64,000 nucleotides of DNA from Spirochaetaceae bacterium (GCA_051531975.1 JAOPTT010000004.1:160001-224000); one strand, 5' to 3'. Shown: positions 1-10,109, counted from the first letter of the stretch. Notes: a model not told the origin generated them from the letters alone. Numbers and translations are program-made.

Positions 1-564
1 TTTCTCTATATTAAAATCTGAAGTTGTTTTTGAATCACTTAGAAATAAACTTATTTCACTTAGTGTTGGAGATAACAGTGAACTGTCTTTTCTCATCATC
101 AATATTTTAAATTGTAAACTATTAGAGTAGGTTTTTAACTTAACAAAATCTATATCAACAATACCCCCGGACCACTCTGTTAATCCGTAGTTTTCCCATA
201 TGTTATTTTTCCAATATCCAACTGTAACCCATGGTGACCACTCTTTTTTTTGGTCAAACCGCATCTGTATTTTAAATGAAGAATCCTCATTTAACGGTGC
301 AAAACCATTCCAAGAAGGTAGCACTTCGTTAAATAGTGTTTCAGGTTTTATTACAGGAAATACAATGTAGCCCACCTTCGCCCCCTTAATCAATGTTAGT
401 GAACTTCCACCTGAAGTTAACTTTATATTGTGGGAGTCAGTAGCATTATTAAAAGAATATTTTGATGATTCAAAAGTATATAATTTATCAGCATAACTAA
501 TAGAGAATAAGCTAAAATTTAAAAGTAGTATTAATAGGATATAAAAGTATTTTTTAATAATCAT
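1..564 (-). CDS. Secreted protein, partial (runs off window edge); resembles the N-terminal region of C39-like peptidases
   Basis: Translated by hand, not in the ORF track. ATG at 564, open to position 1: MIIKKYFYILLILLLNFSLFSISYA (signal peptide)...FNEVLPSWNG...WSPWVTVGYW...VDIDFVKL. No catalytic domain is visible in the window. Confidence 0.6.
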   Translation of the reverse strand, partial: MIIKKYFYILLILLLNFSLFSISYADKLYTFESSKYSFNNATDSHNIKLTSGGSSLTLIKGAKVGYIVFPVIKPETLFNEVLPSWNGFAPLNEDSSFKIQMRFDQKKEWSPWVTVGYWKNNIWENYGLTEWSGGIVDIDFVKLKTYSNSLQFKILMMRKDSSLLSPTLSEISLFLSDSKTTSDFNIEK

Positions 565-606
565 ATCTAATAGTATAAACAGATATTTTACATTTATCTC
601 TTATTA

Positions 607-2376
607 TTACGATTTAATTTTAAATTGACTTAAATTATTCTCAAGGTTATCTACTACTTGGGAGTTGTGGCCTGCTACATCAGATAACATGTTTACAGAT
701 TTCTCAATAACATTTCCACGATCCTTAAGAGTCCGGGATATGTTTACAATGTCACTATTTATACTATTCAGATCAGTCATAGAGTTTTCAACATTGTCAG
801 CTTCTTTTTTAGCTTCTTCTAAAATGTCTCTTACTTCATTAGATAGATTTACAATGTGTCCTGTATTGTGAAGTATATCTCTTGATGCTATAGCTTGTTC
901 ATCTAACGATGTTGCAATTTCATTAGATAGGTTTGCAGAAACTGATATATCATTTAAAATTACATTAAATGCATCTTCTGCCTTTGAAGCCAAAGATGTA
1001 CTTATATCTATCTTTTCAGAAGTCGCTTTTACTATTTGTTGGATCTTAGCTGTCTCTATGCTTGAATTAGTTGCTAGCTTTCCGATCTCCCCTGCAACAA
1101 CTGCAAATCCTTTTCCTGCCACTCCAGCGTGGGCTGCTTCAATAGCTGCATTCATTGCTAAGAGACTTGTTATTGATGTTATATTTACTATCCCTTCAAC
1201 AGCTTGTGATATTTTATTTGATTCTTCTTGTATCTCTTTAATAGAGAGTAGAGCAGTATGGATATCTTTACCTCCATCTTTTGCAGTACCTAATAAATTA
1301 GCACTAATAGAGTTTGCTTTTTCTGTATTTTTACTAACAGATTCTATAGAACTAACCATCTCTTCTATACTAGCTGAGTTTTCTGAGATAGCAGCAGTTT
1401 GCCCACCCATACTTTCATTGATATTGTAGGTTTGTTGTCTCATTACATTTACTGCTTTACTAGATTCTGAAATTGCTTTTTCTTGGATTGTTAAACTGTC
1501 GTCAATTGAAACTATATTTTCAATAATGTTATTAACTGCACTTAACGTATTATTATAAGATTTATTTAGGTCCTGATTGGTTGCTTTTACACTCTCTGAA
1601 GAGGAACTAATATCTCCAATTAGTCTGTTGTAAGAGTCTGACATCATGGATATTGATTCAGATATCTCTCCTATTTCATTATTACTACTGAAATTAATAT
1701 TTTGTGTTAAATCTCCAGAGGCAATATGTTGTATCGTTTTAAGAATACTGCTTATTGGGGATAAAGTTTTAGATATAACAAATACAATAAATAGTGATGA
1801 TATTAGTACAAAAATAATAAGCAGTACTAATAGCTTTTTAATAAAAGCATATGCCTGATTAGATCTGTTGGTATATAAAAGAACTACATCGTTGGCTAAG
1901 TTTTTTATTTCCCCAGATTTTTCTATAGATATGCCTTTTTTATATGATTCAACCTTCGATGAATAACTTGATAATTTGGTAAGTTTGTTAAGTTCATCTT
2001 TAAAGTTAACCCACTCTTTATTCCATGTAGATATACTTGCTATAATTTCTACATCGGTAGTCCCAGAGATACCATGCTTTTCGCTACCTTCTATTAACCC
2101 AGTTAAAATCTCATCGTATATTATTATAGTTTCAGTTATCTGTTTTTTATATTCACTTCCACTCAGATTGTTTTTTAAAGCTTCTGAAAATGTTGTCCCT
2201 TGGTAACCTAATAAAATTGTCCGCATTCGTTCGCTACCAGCTTTATTTATTGCATTCGAATATCCATCAATTGCTGAGAATTTAGCGAATATAAAAAGAA
2301 GTATAATCAATACTCCAATTGCAAAACTACCAACGATTAATCCAATTATATTTTTGAGCTTCATTTTTTTGTCCAT
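607..2376 (-). CDS. Methyl-accepting chemotaxis protein with PilJ/NarX-like periplasmic sensor and HAMP domain
   Basis: Two TM segments; AINKAGSERMRT P-box-like motif; HAMP (GDLT...NEIGEIS); signalling tip LLAMNAAIEAAHAGVAGKGFAVVA. Confidence 0.92.
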   Translation of the reverse strand: MDKKMKLKNIIGLIVGSFAIGVLIILLFIFAKFSAIDGYSNAINKAGSERMRTILLGYQGTTFSEALKNNLSGSEYKKQITETIIIYDEILTGLIEGSEKHGISGTTDVEIIASISTWNKEWVNFKDELNKLTKLSSYSSKVESYKKGISIEKSGEIKNLANDVVLLYTNRSNQAYAFIKKLLVLLIIFVLISSLFIVFVISKTLSPISSILKTIQHIASGDLTQNINFSSNNEIGEISESISMMSDSYNRLIGDISSSSESVKATNQDLNKSYNNTLSAVNNIIENIVSIDDSLTIQEKAISESSKAVNVMRQQTYNINESMGGQTAAISENSASIEEMVSSIESVSKNTEKANSISANLLGTAKDGGKDIHTALLSIKEIQEESNKISQAVEGIVNITSITSLLAMNAAIEAAHAGVAGKGFAVVAGEIGKLATNSSIETAKIQQIVKATSEKIDISTSLASKAEDAFNVILNDISVSANLSNEIATSLDEQAIASRDILHNTGHIVNLSNEVRDILEEAKKEADNVENSMTDLNSINSDIVNISRTLKDRGNVIEKSVNMLSDVAGHNSQVVDNLENNLSQFKIKS

Positions 2377-2478
2377 AAAATAGTATAAGTTAAGATTAAG
2401 AATTAAGCCATTATATAGGAATAAAGTTATTATTAGGAATAATTCTTATTATTATTGCCGGTCTTGAGGGTGTAGCAG

Positions 2479-2507
2479 TTGAAGAAAAAAATTAAAAGTA
2501 ATATGTT
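2479..2507 (+). promoter_or_regulatory. Putative sigma70 promoter, leaderless-type, for the U32 gene
   Basis: TTGAAG-N17-TATGTT ending 5 nt before ATG 2513; no SD. Confidence 0.4.
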
Positions 2508-2512
2508 TAATT

Positions 2513-4723
2513 ATGGAATTATTATCACCAGCTGGAAACCCAGAGAGTTTTAAAGCAGCCCTAGAATCTGGGGCTAATGCAATATATGTTGGTTTACCCT
2601 GGTTTAACGCCAGAAGACCTGCACTGAATTTTACACCAGATACCTTAAAAGAAGCTTTGAAACAAGCTCATGCCAAAGGTGTTAAAGTATATATAACATT
2701 AAATACTGATCTAAAATCTGCAGAGATAGAAGAAGCTGCAAAAGTTTTATTCTTAATCCAAGAACTAAAAGTCGATGCAGTAATAATAAAAGACTTTGGA
2801 CTATATTATTTGGCTAAAAAGTGTTTTCCAAGCCTAGAACTACATCTTAGTACACAGTTTGGAATTTCAAATTCATATGCTGCTGAACAGGCAAAAAAGC
2901 TTGGAGCCACTAGGGTTATCCCAGCAAGAGAGTTAAATTTTTCAGAGTTAAAAGCATTACAAAATTCTGATATGGAAATTCCTGAGATCGAAGCTTTTGT
3001 ACAAGGCTCAATGTGTTTCTCATTTTCAGGAAAGTGCCTTTTATCTAGTTGGGTTGGTGGTAAGTCTGCCAACAGAGGTGTTTGTCAGGCTCCATGTCGT
3101 CTTAAATATAGTAACGAAACCACTGAATTTCCATTCTTTTCTATGAAAGATCTAAATCTGGTATCCCACTTAAAAGAGTTAAAAGAAGCAAATATAACAT
3201 CTCTTAAAATTGAGGGTCGTTTAAAAAGTCCTGGATGGGTTGGAAATATTACATCTATTTATAATGACGCATTAAAAGGCAATTTGGATCTTAAAAATAG
3301 TTCAGAAGAGCTACTTAAATACTCAGGACGTGAGATGGGAGAAGGCTTTGCTACTGGTCTTACAAACTTAACAGCCAAACATAGGGCTAAATTTGGAAGT
3401 TATATTGGAAAGGTTCTTGAAATAATTGAGGTTAATGATGAAGAGTTTGTAAAAGTAGATTTTGAAACTAAAAGCCCAGAAACATCATTAAGATTTGTAT
3501 CTCCAGAAGACGAGTTTTTAACAATATTACATCAGGACTATAACTCTATATTAGAAGGGAATCTGATAAAAAGTAATGGACGTATTACAAAAGATTCTCT
3601 AGTTTTTGAAGTTATTCCATCTCGGAAAAATAAGTCCGGAATAGGTAAAATGAGATATGACATTGAGTTAGAGGTAGTAAAAGACAATATAGAGATAACA
3701 GTCATTACTGATACTGGTGTTTTTAAGGAGTTTGATCCTTATAAAAAAGTTGTAAAAGAAAAAAGAGGAGTATATCCTGACTCTGTTTATGACAAGTTAG
3801 AAACTAAGGTTGTTAACGGATGGCGTTTTAATAAATTATACTCAGAAGATATACTGTTATCAAAAACTCAAGTAAATAGTATTGTTAAAATAATTTCATA
3901 TATTCTTGCTGTTACGATACAAGAGAGTAATCCATTAAATCAGATAGATCTGCAGGCAGAAGTTAAAGAGTTCCTTAAACCCTTAGATCAAAGTGATTTT
4001 AAAGGTTCTAAAAGTTATATTAGGGTGAAAGCACAAAAATTAACTAAAAATATTAAGGGCCACATCATAATTGATGAAGTAGAATTTAATAAAGAGATCT
4101 TAGATAAAATAATTGAATTAGCTAAAAACAGTGATATAACCATCTCTCTATTTCCAATCTGTTTTGAGAAAGATATGGAAGAGATAAAAGATGTAGTAAA
4201 ATATTTAGAATCAAAAATTGCCCCTAAATATGAGATAAATGATATTGGCCACTATAATCTATTAAAAAACTACTTATCAGTTCCAGTTAGTAGAATGGTT
4301 GGTGGACAGGGAATGGCTTGTTATAATTATCTGTCACTAAAGTTTTTAAAAGATGAATTGGGAATTAATGACCTTTCAGTTCCTATGGAGTTAGATTCCA
4401 GAGGGATCTTAAAATTGGTTGAGTATAATAATAACTATGCAAATTTAAGATTTACAGAATTATCAACAGTTCCAATAATGTATTCTAGAGTTCAAGCCCC
4501 AGAGTTTATTGAAGGAGCAGAGTTTGTAGATAATATTGGAACTGTGTTTTCTGTTCATAAATACAGAGATTTGAACTCGTTTGTAGTTTCTGAATATTAT
4601 TCAGCAGAGGGATGTAAGGATTTAGAAGGGGTCAAGTTTAATACAACAATAGCAGATAAAACATGCTTAGATAATCCAGGGGTAGAGCGTAAGAAATTTA
4701 ATTTAGAGCGGCGATTATATTAG
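2513..4723 (+). CDS. Peptidase U32 family Fe-S protein (RlhA/TrhP-like RNA hydroxylase)
   Basis: MELLSPAG start; HLSTQ; EAFVQGSMCFSFSGKC...NRGVCQAPCR Fe-S ligands; LKIEGRLKS. The long form is RlhA-like in size. Confidence 0.85.
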   Translation: MELLSPAGNPESFKAALESGANAIYVGLPWFNARRPALNFTPDTLKEALKQAHAKGVKVYITLNTDLKSAEIEEAAKVLFLIQELKVDAVIIKDFGLYYLAKKCFPSLELHLSTQFGISNSYAAEQAKKLGATRVIPARELNFSELKALQNSDMEIPEIEAFVQGSMCFSFSGKCLLSSWVGGKSANRGVCQAPCRLKYSNETTEFPFFSMKDLNLVSHLKELKEANITSLKIEGRLKSPGWVGNITSIYNDALKGNLDLKNSSEELLKYSGREMGEGFATGLTNLTAKHRAKFGSYIGKVLEIIEVNDEEFVKVDFETKSPETSLRFVSPEDEFLTILHQDYNSILEGNLIKSNGRITKDSLVFEVIPSRKNKSGIGKMRYDIELEVVKDNIEITVITDTGVFKEFDPYKKVVKEKRGVYPDSVYDKLETKVVNGWRFNKLYSEDILLSKTQVNSIVKIISYILAVTIQESNPLNQIDLQAEVKEFLKPLDQSDFKGSKSYIRVKAQKLTKNIKGHIIIDEVEFNKEILDKIIELAKNSDITISLFPICFEKDMEEIKDVVKYLESKIAPKYEINDIGHYNLLKNYLSVPVSRMVGGQGMACYNYLSLKFLKDELGINDLSVPMELDSRGILKLVEYNNNYANLRFTELSTVPIMYSRVQAPEFIEGAEFVDNIGTVFSVHKYRDLNSFVVSEYYSAEGCKDLEGVKFNTTIADKTCLDNPGVERKKFNLERRLY

Positions 4724-5457
4724 CTTAAATTTGTTACTTTATCCTTCCCTGTATATTTTGAGACATACATGGCTTTATTAGCTCTATGTATAATATCTGA
4801 TAAATCTTCACCATAAGAATATTTAGCTGTACCAATACTTAGTGTGAAATTTACACTATCAGATGGGTATTCTTTTTTTGTAAAGTTATTAAATACCTCT
4901 TTAAGATCAGAAAGTTTTTTGTTGATAAACTCTTGCTCTGTATTCATATAAAAAATTAGGAATTCCTGTTCAACAAAAGAGAATGCAAAATCTCCTTCTC
5001 TTTTAGAACTAGATATAATATCACCAATTTTTTTAAGAGTATGGTCTGCTTCATCTAATCCAAATTCACTTTTAAGTACATTATAGTTATCGATATCAAT
5101 AAAAGCACAAATACAGTTTTTAAATATTGCTGGGTTATTATCAAATATTTCTGTAAAGTTAGTTTTTAAATACGACCTGTTATATAGTTTTGTCTTTTTA
5201 TCGTATATAGAATCGATATACTTCTCTTTGTTCTCTTTTGAAATCTGTTTCTTTCCAGATATAAAATTGTAAAGAACTCTAGCTGTAAAAGTTCCTAATA
5301 AAAAAAGTCCAGTTAGTCTAGTAAAGATTTCCATCAGACGAATTGTTGAAGCCTGATAAGAAGATAGATCAATTATTCCTAAAACAACTCCAGTTGTTAC
5401 AAAAAGGAATCCAAAAGCGAGAAGAATGATATTAATTTTATTTATGATACGGTTCAT
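4720..5457 (-). CDS. Membrane-bound GGDEF-domain protein with degenerate active site
   Basis: Two TM helices; D-x-x-T-K-L-Y-N-R, FIDIDNY, TLSIG, ANKAMYVSKYTGKD; the GGDEF position reads VEQEF. Confidence 0.8.
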   Translation of the reverse strand: MNRIINKINIILLAFGFLFVTTGVVLGIIDLSSYQASTIRLMEIFTRLTGLFLLGTFTARVLYNFISGKKQISKENKEKYIDSIYDKKTKLYNRSYLKTNFTEIFDNNPAIFKNCICAFIDIDNYNVLKSEFGLDEADHTLKKIGDIISSSKREGDFAFSFVEQEFLIFYMNTEQEFINKKLSDLKEVFNNFTKKEYPSDSVNFTLSIGTAKYSYGEDLSDIIHRANKAMYVSKYTGKDKVTNLS

Positions 5458-5917
5458 TCCTTAATATTCGGAAGCTTCTGTAGATTTGTTCAATTAATAT
5501 TAATTTAATTAATTGGTGGGGGAAGGTCATTTTAGAAAAACAGAGTTTGAATTTGCTCTTTTCTCTAACTGAACTATGTAAACCTAAAGATCCTCCAATT
5601 ATAAATGTAATGTGACTATTTCCGTCTACAGTAATCTTTTCAATTTTATTTGCAAGTTCGACCGAAGATAAAAGTTTTCCTTCTAATTCTAGTGTGATTA
5701 TAAAAGAGTTCGGGTTAATTTTAGCTAAAATTTTATCCGCTTCTTTTTTCTTAACAATTTCCATATCTGCAGGGCTTAAGTTTTCAGGGCATTTTTCATC
5801 AGGAACCTCTATTATCTCCATTTTTGAATAAGATGTTAGACGTTTCATATACTCTGCAATACCCTCTTTTAGGTATTTTTCTTTAAGTTTCCCTGGACCT
5901 ATTATTGTTATTTTCAC
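5438..5917 (-). CDS. rlmH: 23S rRNA (pseudouridine1915-N3)-methyltransferase
   Basis: SPOUT motifs FIIGGSLG, TFPHQL, EQIYRSFRIL and C-terminal PYHK; GTG start. Confidence 0.95.
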   Translation of the reverse strand: MKITIIGPGKLKEKYLKEGIAEYMKRLTSYSKMEIIEVPDEKCPENLSPADMEIVKKKEADKILAKINPNSFIITLELEGKLLSSVELANKIEKITVDGNSHITFIIGGSLGLHSSVREKSKFKLCFSKMTFPHQLIKLILIEQIYRSFRILRNEPYHK

Positions 5918-6684
5918 CTGTTCAATTCCAAGGCCTTATTAATTCCTTCTAATACTAAGTCAGGATAAACAAAATCAAATATTTCAATGTGTTTAAATAA
6001 GCCACTGAAACCACCAGTTCCAATTATTACAGGTTTTTCCCCATCAAAACATTCATCAGTAAATCTTGTGACCATCTCTTTTAACATTCCAATAGCCCCA
6101 TAAAACAGTCCAGATTGAATATTTTCTACTGTTGATCTTCCACAAATAGCACTTGGTCTTATAATTTCAACTTTTGGTAGGTTTGCAGTCCTCTGCTCTA
6201 AGGAGTCCATTGCAATTCTTAAACCTGGAATAATTGCTCCTCCAAGATGTTCTCTATTACTTGTTACAATATCGAATGTTGTAGCTGTTCCCATATCTAT
6301 AATTATTAGATTTTTATTAGGGTGACGCTTAATAGAACCTATACTTGTTGCAATTCTATCTGCACCAAGTTCTAATGGGTTTTTATATTTAATTTGTAAT
6401 CCAGATTTTATTCCTGCTCTTAGAAAAAAAGGCTTAAGCTTAAAGTATTTTTCACAAGCACTAGCTAAAGAGTGGTTTTCGTCTGGAACAACAGAACATA
6501 TGGCTATCTGTTTTACATTTTTTGGATCTAATTCGTTGGCAATTAGAACATTTTTCAGGAATATACCAATCTCATCAGAAGATGAACCCTCGCCTGTACG
6601 TTTTCTAAATCTAAGTATTATTTTCTCTCCAGAATATATTCCACCAAAAAGTTGTGTATTCCCAGCATCTATACAGAGTATCAT
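5914..6684 (-). CDS. coaX: Type III pantothenate kinase
   Basis: IDAGNT, LGADR, DMGTATTFD, GGAIIPG, TGG motifs. Confidence 0.95.
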   Translation of the reverse strand: MILCIDAGNTQLFGGIYSGEKIILRFRKRTGEGSSSDEIGIFLKNVLIANELDPKNVKQIAICSVVPDENHSLASACEKYFKLKPFFLRAGIKSGLQIKYKNPLELGADRIATSIGSIKRHPNKNLIIIDMGTATTFDIVTSNREHLGGAIIPGLRIAMDSLEQRTANLPKVEIIRPSAICGRSTVENIQSGLFYGAIGMLKEMVTRFTDECFDGEKPVIIGTGGFSGLFKHIEIFDFVYPDLVLEGINKALELNR

Positions 6685-7340
6685 TAAATCTCCTTAAATA
6701 TCTCTACTAGGGCAGTTCCTAGTTCATCTTTTGTCTTGCAATTTTTATATACTTTATTATCTTTGTAAATAGTTGATATATGAATTTCTTTATTAATAGA
6801 TGATAAATCGTTATGCACTACAAAATCAACTGCTCCACTTTCAAATTGAGTGGTTACTTTATCTGCTATTTTTATCTTATTTGCATTTTTTGTTAATTTA
6901 AATCCAATTACTTTCATAGGGGACCCACTGTACTTTTTTAATTTTTCAAGAATTTTAAAGTTTGGTTTTAAGATTATTGATAAAGGTTTAGATGAGTCTA
7001 TTTTAATATCTTCTGAGGGAGTTATTTTTACCCCTTCAGATTCTAAATAATCAACACTATAATCACTAACAGCTGCCGCATGAATAACCCCAGAAATATG
7101 GTTGTTTCCCAAAATATCTTTTAACTTATTATCTAAATCTTTGAATGATGAAAAACGGATGATATTCACATCTTGCTTAGGGTTTAGTGCTCTAAGGGAA
7201 GTTAATAAAGTCACTTTAAATCCAGCATTGTAGAAACAATCTGCTAAAACTGCTCCAGTTCTACCTGTAGAAAAGTTACTTATTGTTCTAACACCATCAA
7301 TAGGTTCCTCTGTACCCCCAGCAGTAATTAAGATTTCCAA
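6684..7340 (-). CDS. coaB: Phosphopantothenate--cysteine ligase (stand-alone CoaB)
   Basis: ILITAGGTEEPIDGVRTISNFSTGRTG, HAAAVSDY, IGFKL. Confidence 0.9.
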   Translation of the reverse strand: MEILITAGGTEEPIDGVRTISNFSTGRTGAVLADCFYNAGFKVTLLTSLRALNPKQDVNIIRFSSFKDLDNKLKDILGNNHISGVIHAAAVSDYSVDYLESEGVKITPSEDIKIDSSKPLSIILKPNFKILEKLKKYSGSPMKVIGFKLTKNANKIKIADKVTTQFESGAVDFVVHNDLSSINKEIHISTIYKDNKVYKNCKTKDELGTALVEIFKEI

Positions 7341-7873
7341 ACTAATTCCTTAATCTTTAAAAAAACGGTCCCGGGATCAATTACCCGACCTTTTCCAACA
7401 TCCCCACATGCCAAAAGACCTTCCTCGGTATCAAAAATATAACATCCGTACTCTTCTAATTCTTTTATGGATTTTTGTACCCTAGGGTGGTTTAACATCT
7501 CTACATTCATACCAGGGGCTAATAAATATGGTTTGTTAAAATTATTGGCTAAATATGTTGCCCCAATTAGATCATCAGCTAAACCATAGTTAAGTCTATT
7601 TAAACTATTTGCGGTAATTGGGTAGGTCACAAATAGATCCGCCCATTTTGCTAATTTTATGTGATCCATCATTTCACCTTTAGTGAATGTTGAAGTTTTA
7701 ACAGGATTTCCTGATATTCCTTCTAATGTGGCCTCCCCAATAAACTTTAGTGCACTTTCAGTTGCTACACACTGAACATTGTACCCATTTTTAACAAGGG
7801 TAGAGAGCAGAGTTCCAGCCTTAAATGCTGCGATAGAACCTGTTACTTGTAAAACGATGTTACCTTTTGACAT
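7328..7873 (-). CDS. coaC: Phosphopantothenoylcysteine decarboxylase (stand-alone CoaC flavoprotein)
   Basis: VTGSIAAFKA, HIKLAKWAD, APGMN, LACGDVGKGR. Confidence 0.9.
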   Translation of the reverse strand: MSKGNIVLQVTGSIAAFKAGTLLSTLVKNGYNVQCVATESALKFIGEATLEGISGNPVKTSTFTKGEMMDHIKLAKWADLFVTYPITANSLNRLNYGLADDLIGATYLANNFNKPYLLAPGMNVEMLNHPRVQKSIKELEEYGCYIFDTEEGLLACGDVGKGRVIDPGTVFLKIKELVWKS

Positions 7874-8624
7874 TATCTATTAACCTCACATCGCCTAGGG
7901 TTGCTGCAGCTAATACTCTATTATCTTCAATCTCGATATAATCTACTACAAATCCTAACTCCGTTAGTCTGTTTTTCATTTGATCTGTATCTATTCCACT
8001 AGAGATAATTTTATATAATTTAGGTGCCTTCAACCGATTTTCTGGAGTTAAAAGTGAGTTTCTACTAGAAAATGCTAGACCATCAGCCTCCCGAATTAAT
8101 TGGCAAGGGATAATGTTGTATGGTAAAAACATAGAGTCTATCATTCCTTTTATCAGTCTATATTGCTGCCAATCTTTCTCTCCAAAATATGCATTATCTG
8201 GGCTTACTACATTTAATAATTTTAGAACAACTGTTAATACACCATCAAAGTGGCCAGGTCTATGTGCTCCACATAATTTAGTACTAAACTTATTTTCAGT
8301 CATTTTGTATCGATATCCATCAGGGTACATCATCTGTTTATTTGGTATAAATATATAATCACATCCATCTGATTCTAATATCTGTTTGTCTTTTTCAATT
8401 GTAGTTGGATAGTTTCTTAAATCTGTAGAACTATTAAATTGTGTTGGGTTTACAAAAATGGAACATATAGTTATATCATTCTCTTTTACAGATCTTTTGA
8501 TTAAACTTTTGTGACCAATATGCAGAGCTCCCATTGTTGGAACAAGCCCCAAGCTTTTTTTACCTTTTATTTGGCTGTTGTATATCTCTTTCCATTCATC
8601 AATCGTTTCTATTATTTTAGCCAC
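7860..8624 (-). CDS. panC: Pantoate--beta-alanine ligase
   Basis: VPTMGALHIGH, SIFVNPTQF, RPGHFDGV, FGEKDWQQ, GLAFSSRN, RLIDN. Confidence 0.96.
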   Translation of the reverse strand: MAKIIETIDEWKEIYNSQIKGKKSLGLVPTMGALHIGHKSLIKRSVKENDITICSIFVNPTQFNSSTDLRNYPTTIEKDKQILESDGCDYIFIPNKQMMYPDGYRYKMTENKFSTKLCGAHRPGHFDGVLTVVLKLLNVVSPDNAYFGEKDWQQYRLIKGMIDSMFLPYNIIPCQLIREADGLAFSSRNSLLTPENRLKAPKLYKIISSGIDTDQMKNRLTELGFVVDYIEIEDNRVLAAATLGDVRLIDNVKR

Positions 8625-9408
8625 CGTAGCTCTCTCCTTTACCTGGGAAATCCTTTGACTTTACTGTTGAGTCATACTCATTTAAAGCTGACTTTATAAG
8701 GTTCGCCCCATCTATAAACTTTCTAACAAATTTAGGTGTATAACCTGTATTTACACCTAACATATCTTGTAAAACTAATACCTGTCCATCTGTATCTTTC
8801 CCTGCACCTATTCCAATTGTCGGAATATCTAATATTTCTGATACTCTTCTTCCAGCAGAGTCTGGTATGCATTCTAAAACAATGGAGAAACAACCTAGTT
8901 CCTGTAGCTTTAATGCATCTTCTATCAATTGTACTACAGCTTCTTCTGTTTTGCTTTGAACTTTAAATCCGCCAAAGGCATTAAATGATTGTGGTGTCAG
9001 ACCTAAGTGCCCCATAACAGGGATTCCAGATTCAACAATGTATTTTATTGTCTCTTCATGGCCTTTAACTCCCTCGAGTTTAATAGCATTTGCTCCTGAC
9101 TGCATTAGTTTCCCCACTGAATCTAAAACTGAATCTAAACTCTTTCTATGGGATAAAAATGGCATGTCTGCAATAATAAACTTTGTAGGGGCACCTCTTC
9201 TCACTGCGGCCGTATGTAAAGACATTAGGTCTATTGTTGCAGGTATTGTAGAATCAAAACCATGACTTACCATAGCTAGACTGTCTCCAACTAAAATAGA
9301 ATCAACGTTTGATTCTTCTGCAATTGTTGCTGTCCAGTAGTCGTAACATGTGATCATAGATATTTTTTTGCTACTCTCTTTAAACTTTTTAAAATCAATT
9401 ATGTTCAT
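8617..9408 (-). CDS. panB: 3-methyl-2-oxobutanoate hydroxymethyltransferase
   Basis: ILVGDSL, ADMPFLS, KLEG, GHLGLTPQS, TIGIGAG, GQVLV. Confidence 0.97.
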   Translation of the reverse strand: MNIIDFKKFKESSKKISMITCYDYWTATIAEESNVDSILVGDSLAMVSHGFDSTIPATIDLMSLHTAAVRRGAPTKFIIADMPFLSHRKSLDSVLDSVGKLMQSGANAIKLEGVKGHEETIKYIVESGIPVMGHLGLTPQSFNAFGGFKVQSKTEEAVVQLIEDALKLQELGCFSIVLECIPDSAGRRVSEILDIPTIGIGAGKDTDGQVLVLQDMLGVNTGYTPKFVRKFIDGANLIKSALNEYDSTVKSKDFPGKGESYGG

Positions 9409-10109
9409 ATAAGCTCCTTTTTGTAGGCTTTATTAAATAGGCTATAAATATTCTTCCATATCCTATGTTTTAAGGCTTTTTTGTTTCGTTTTATTGTATT
9501 TTTATCCCCTCTTTTAATAGGTCCAGTTAGTGCATTAAAAGGGTCATCTTTTAGGTTATCAAAGATCTTTGATAAGTAAGGTAATAGTACCTCTTTAGGT
9601 AGGTCTAAATCTTTTTCAAAGTCTTTCATAACCTTTTGCCAAAGAAGAGTTGTAAAGTTTCCACTGATAACACAAAGTGAGTGATATAGTGCCTTCATTT
9701 CTGGGTTCATAGTATAATATTTATTTGTTAAAGTAGGGAAAACAGAATCAAAAGTAATATCTGATTCTTCGCAAATAAATGGAATGTTTTTATACTCTTC
9801 TAGTGTGTAAAGTTTAGGGCCAAATGACATAAGAGGGTGAAATCCAACAGCTTTTTTACTGTTCATTGAGCCAGAAAAATGAATTACTGAGATGCTATTA
9901 TTAAAGTAGTTATTGTCTAGGAAGTTGGAGATAGAATCATCGGAGATTAATATTATAATATACTTGCAACCATCTAATTTTATGGTGGGAGTTTTATTAT
10001 CTAATTTTCTACTCCATCTTAAAAAAGGAATTCCTTCTAAGGTGAAATAATGGCATAAATGGGTGGCTAATAGACCATCCCCTATAATCCCATAGTCTGT
10101 TTTATACAT
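9405..10109 (-). CDS. panG: Rossmann-like/DUF2520 protein; putative PanG-type ketopantoate reductase
   Basis: GIIGDG Rossmann start, HFSGS, FHPLMSF, LYHSLC...GNF, ALTGPIKRGD; first gene of the pan operon. Confidence 0.7.
   Translation of the reverse strand: MYKTDYGIIGDGLLATHLCHYFTLEGIPFLRWSRKLDNKTPTIKLDGCKYIIILISDDSISNFLDNNYFNNSISVIHFSGSMNSKKAVGFHPLMSFGPKLYTLEEYKNIPFICEESDITFDSVFPTLTNKYYTMNPEMKALYHSLCVISGNFTTLLWQKVMKDFEKDLDLPKEVLLPYLSKIFDNLKDDPFNALTGPIKRGDKNTIKRNKKALKHRIWKNIYSLFNKAYKKELI

Noticed and set aside
2513..4723. Collagenase/protease
   Set aside because: The U32 family is now known mainly as Fe-S hydroxylation proteins; the Cys ligands are present and there is no signal peptide.
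6684..7873. Frameshifted coaBC pseudogene
   Set aside because: Both halves look complete, and coaB has its own ATG with an upstream AAGGA and a 13-nt overlap, consistent with naturally split genes.
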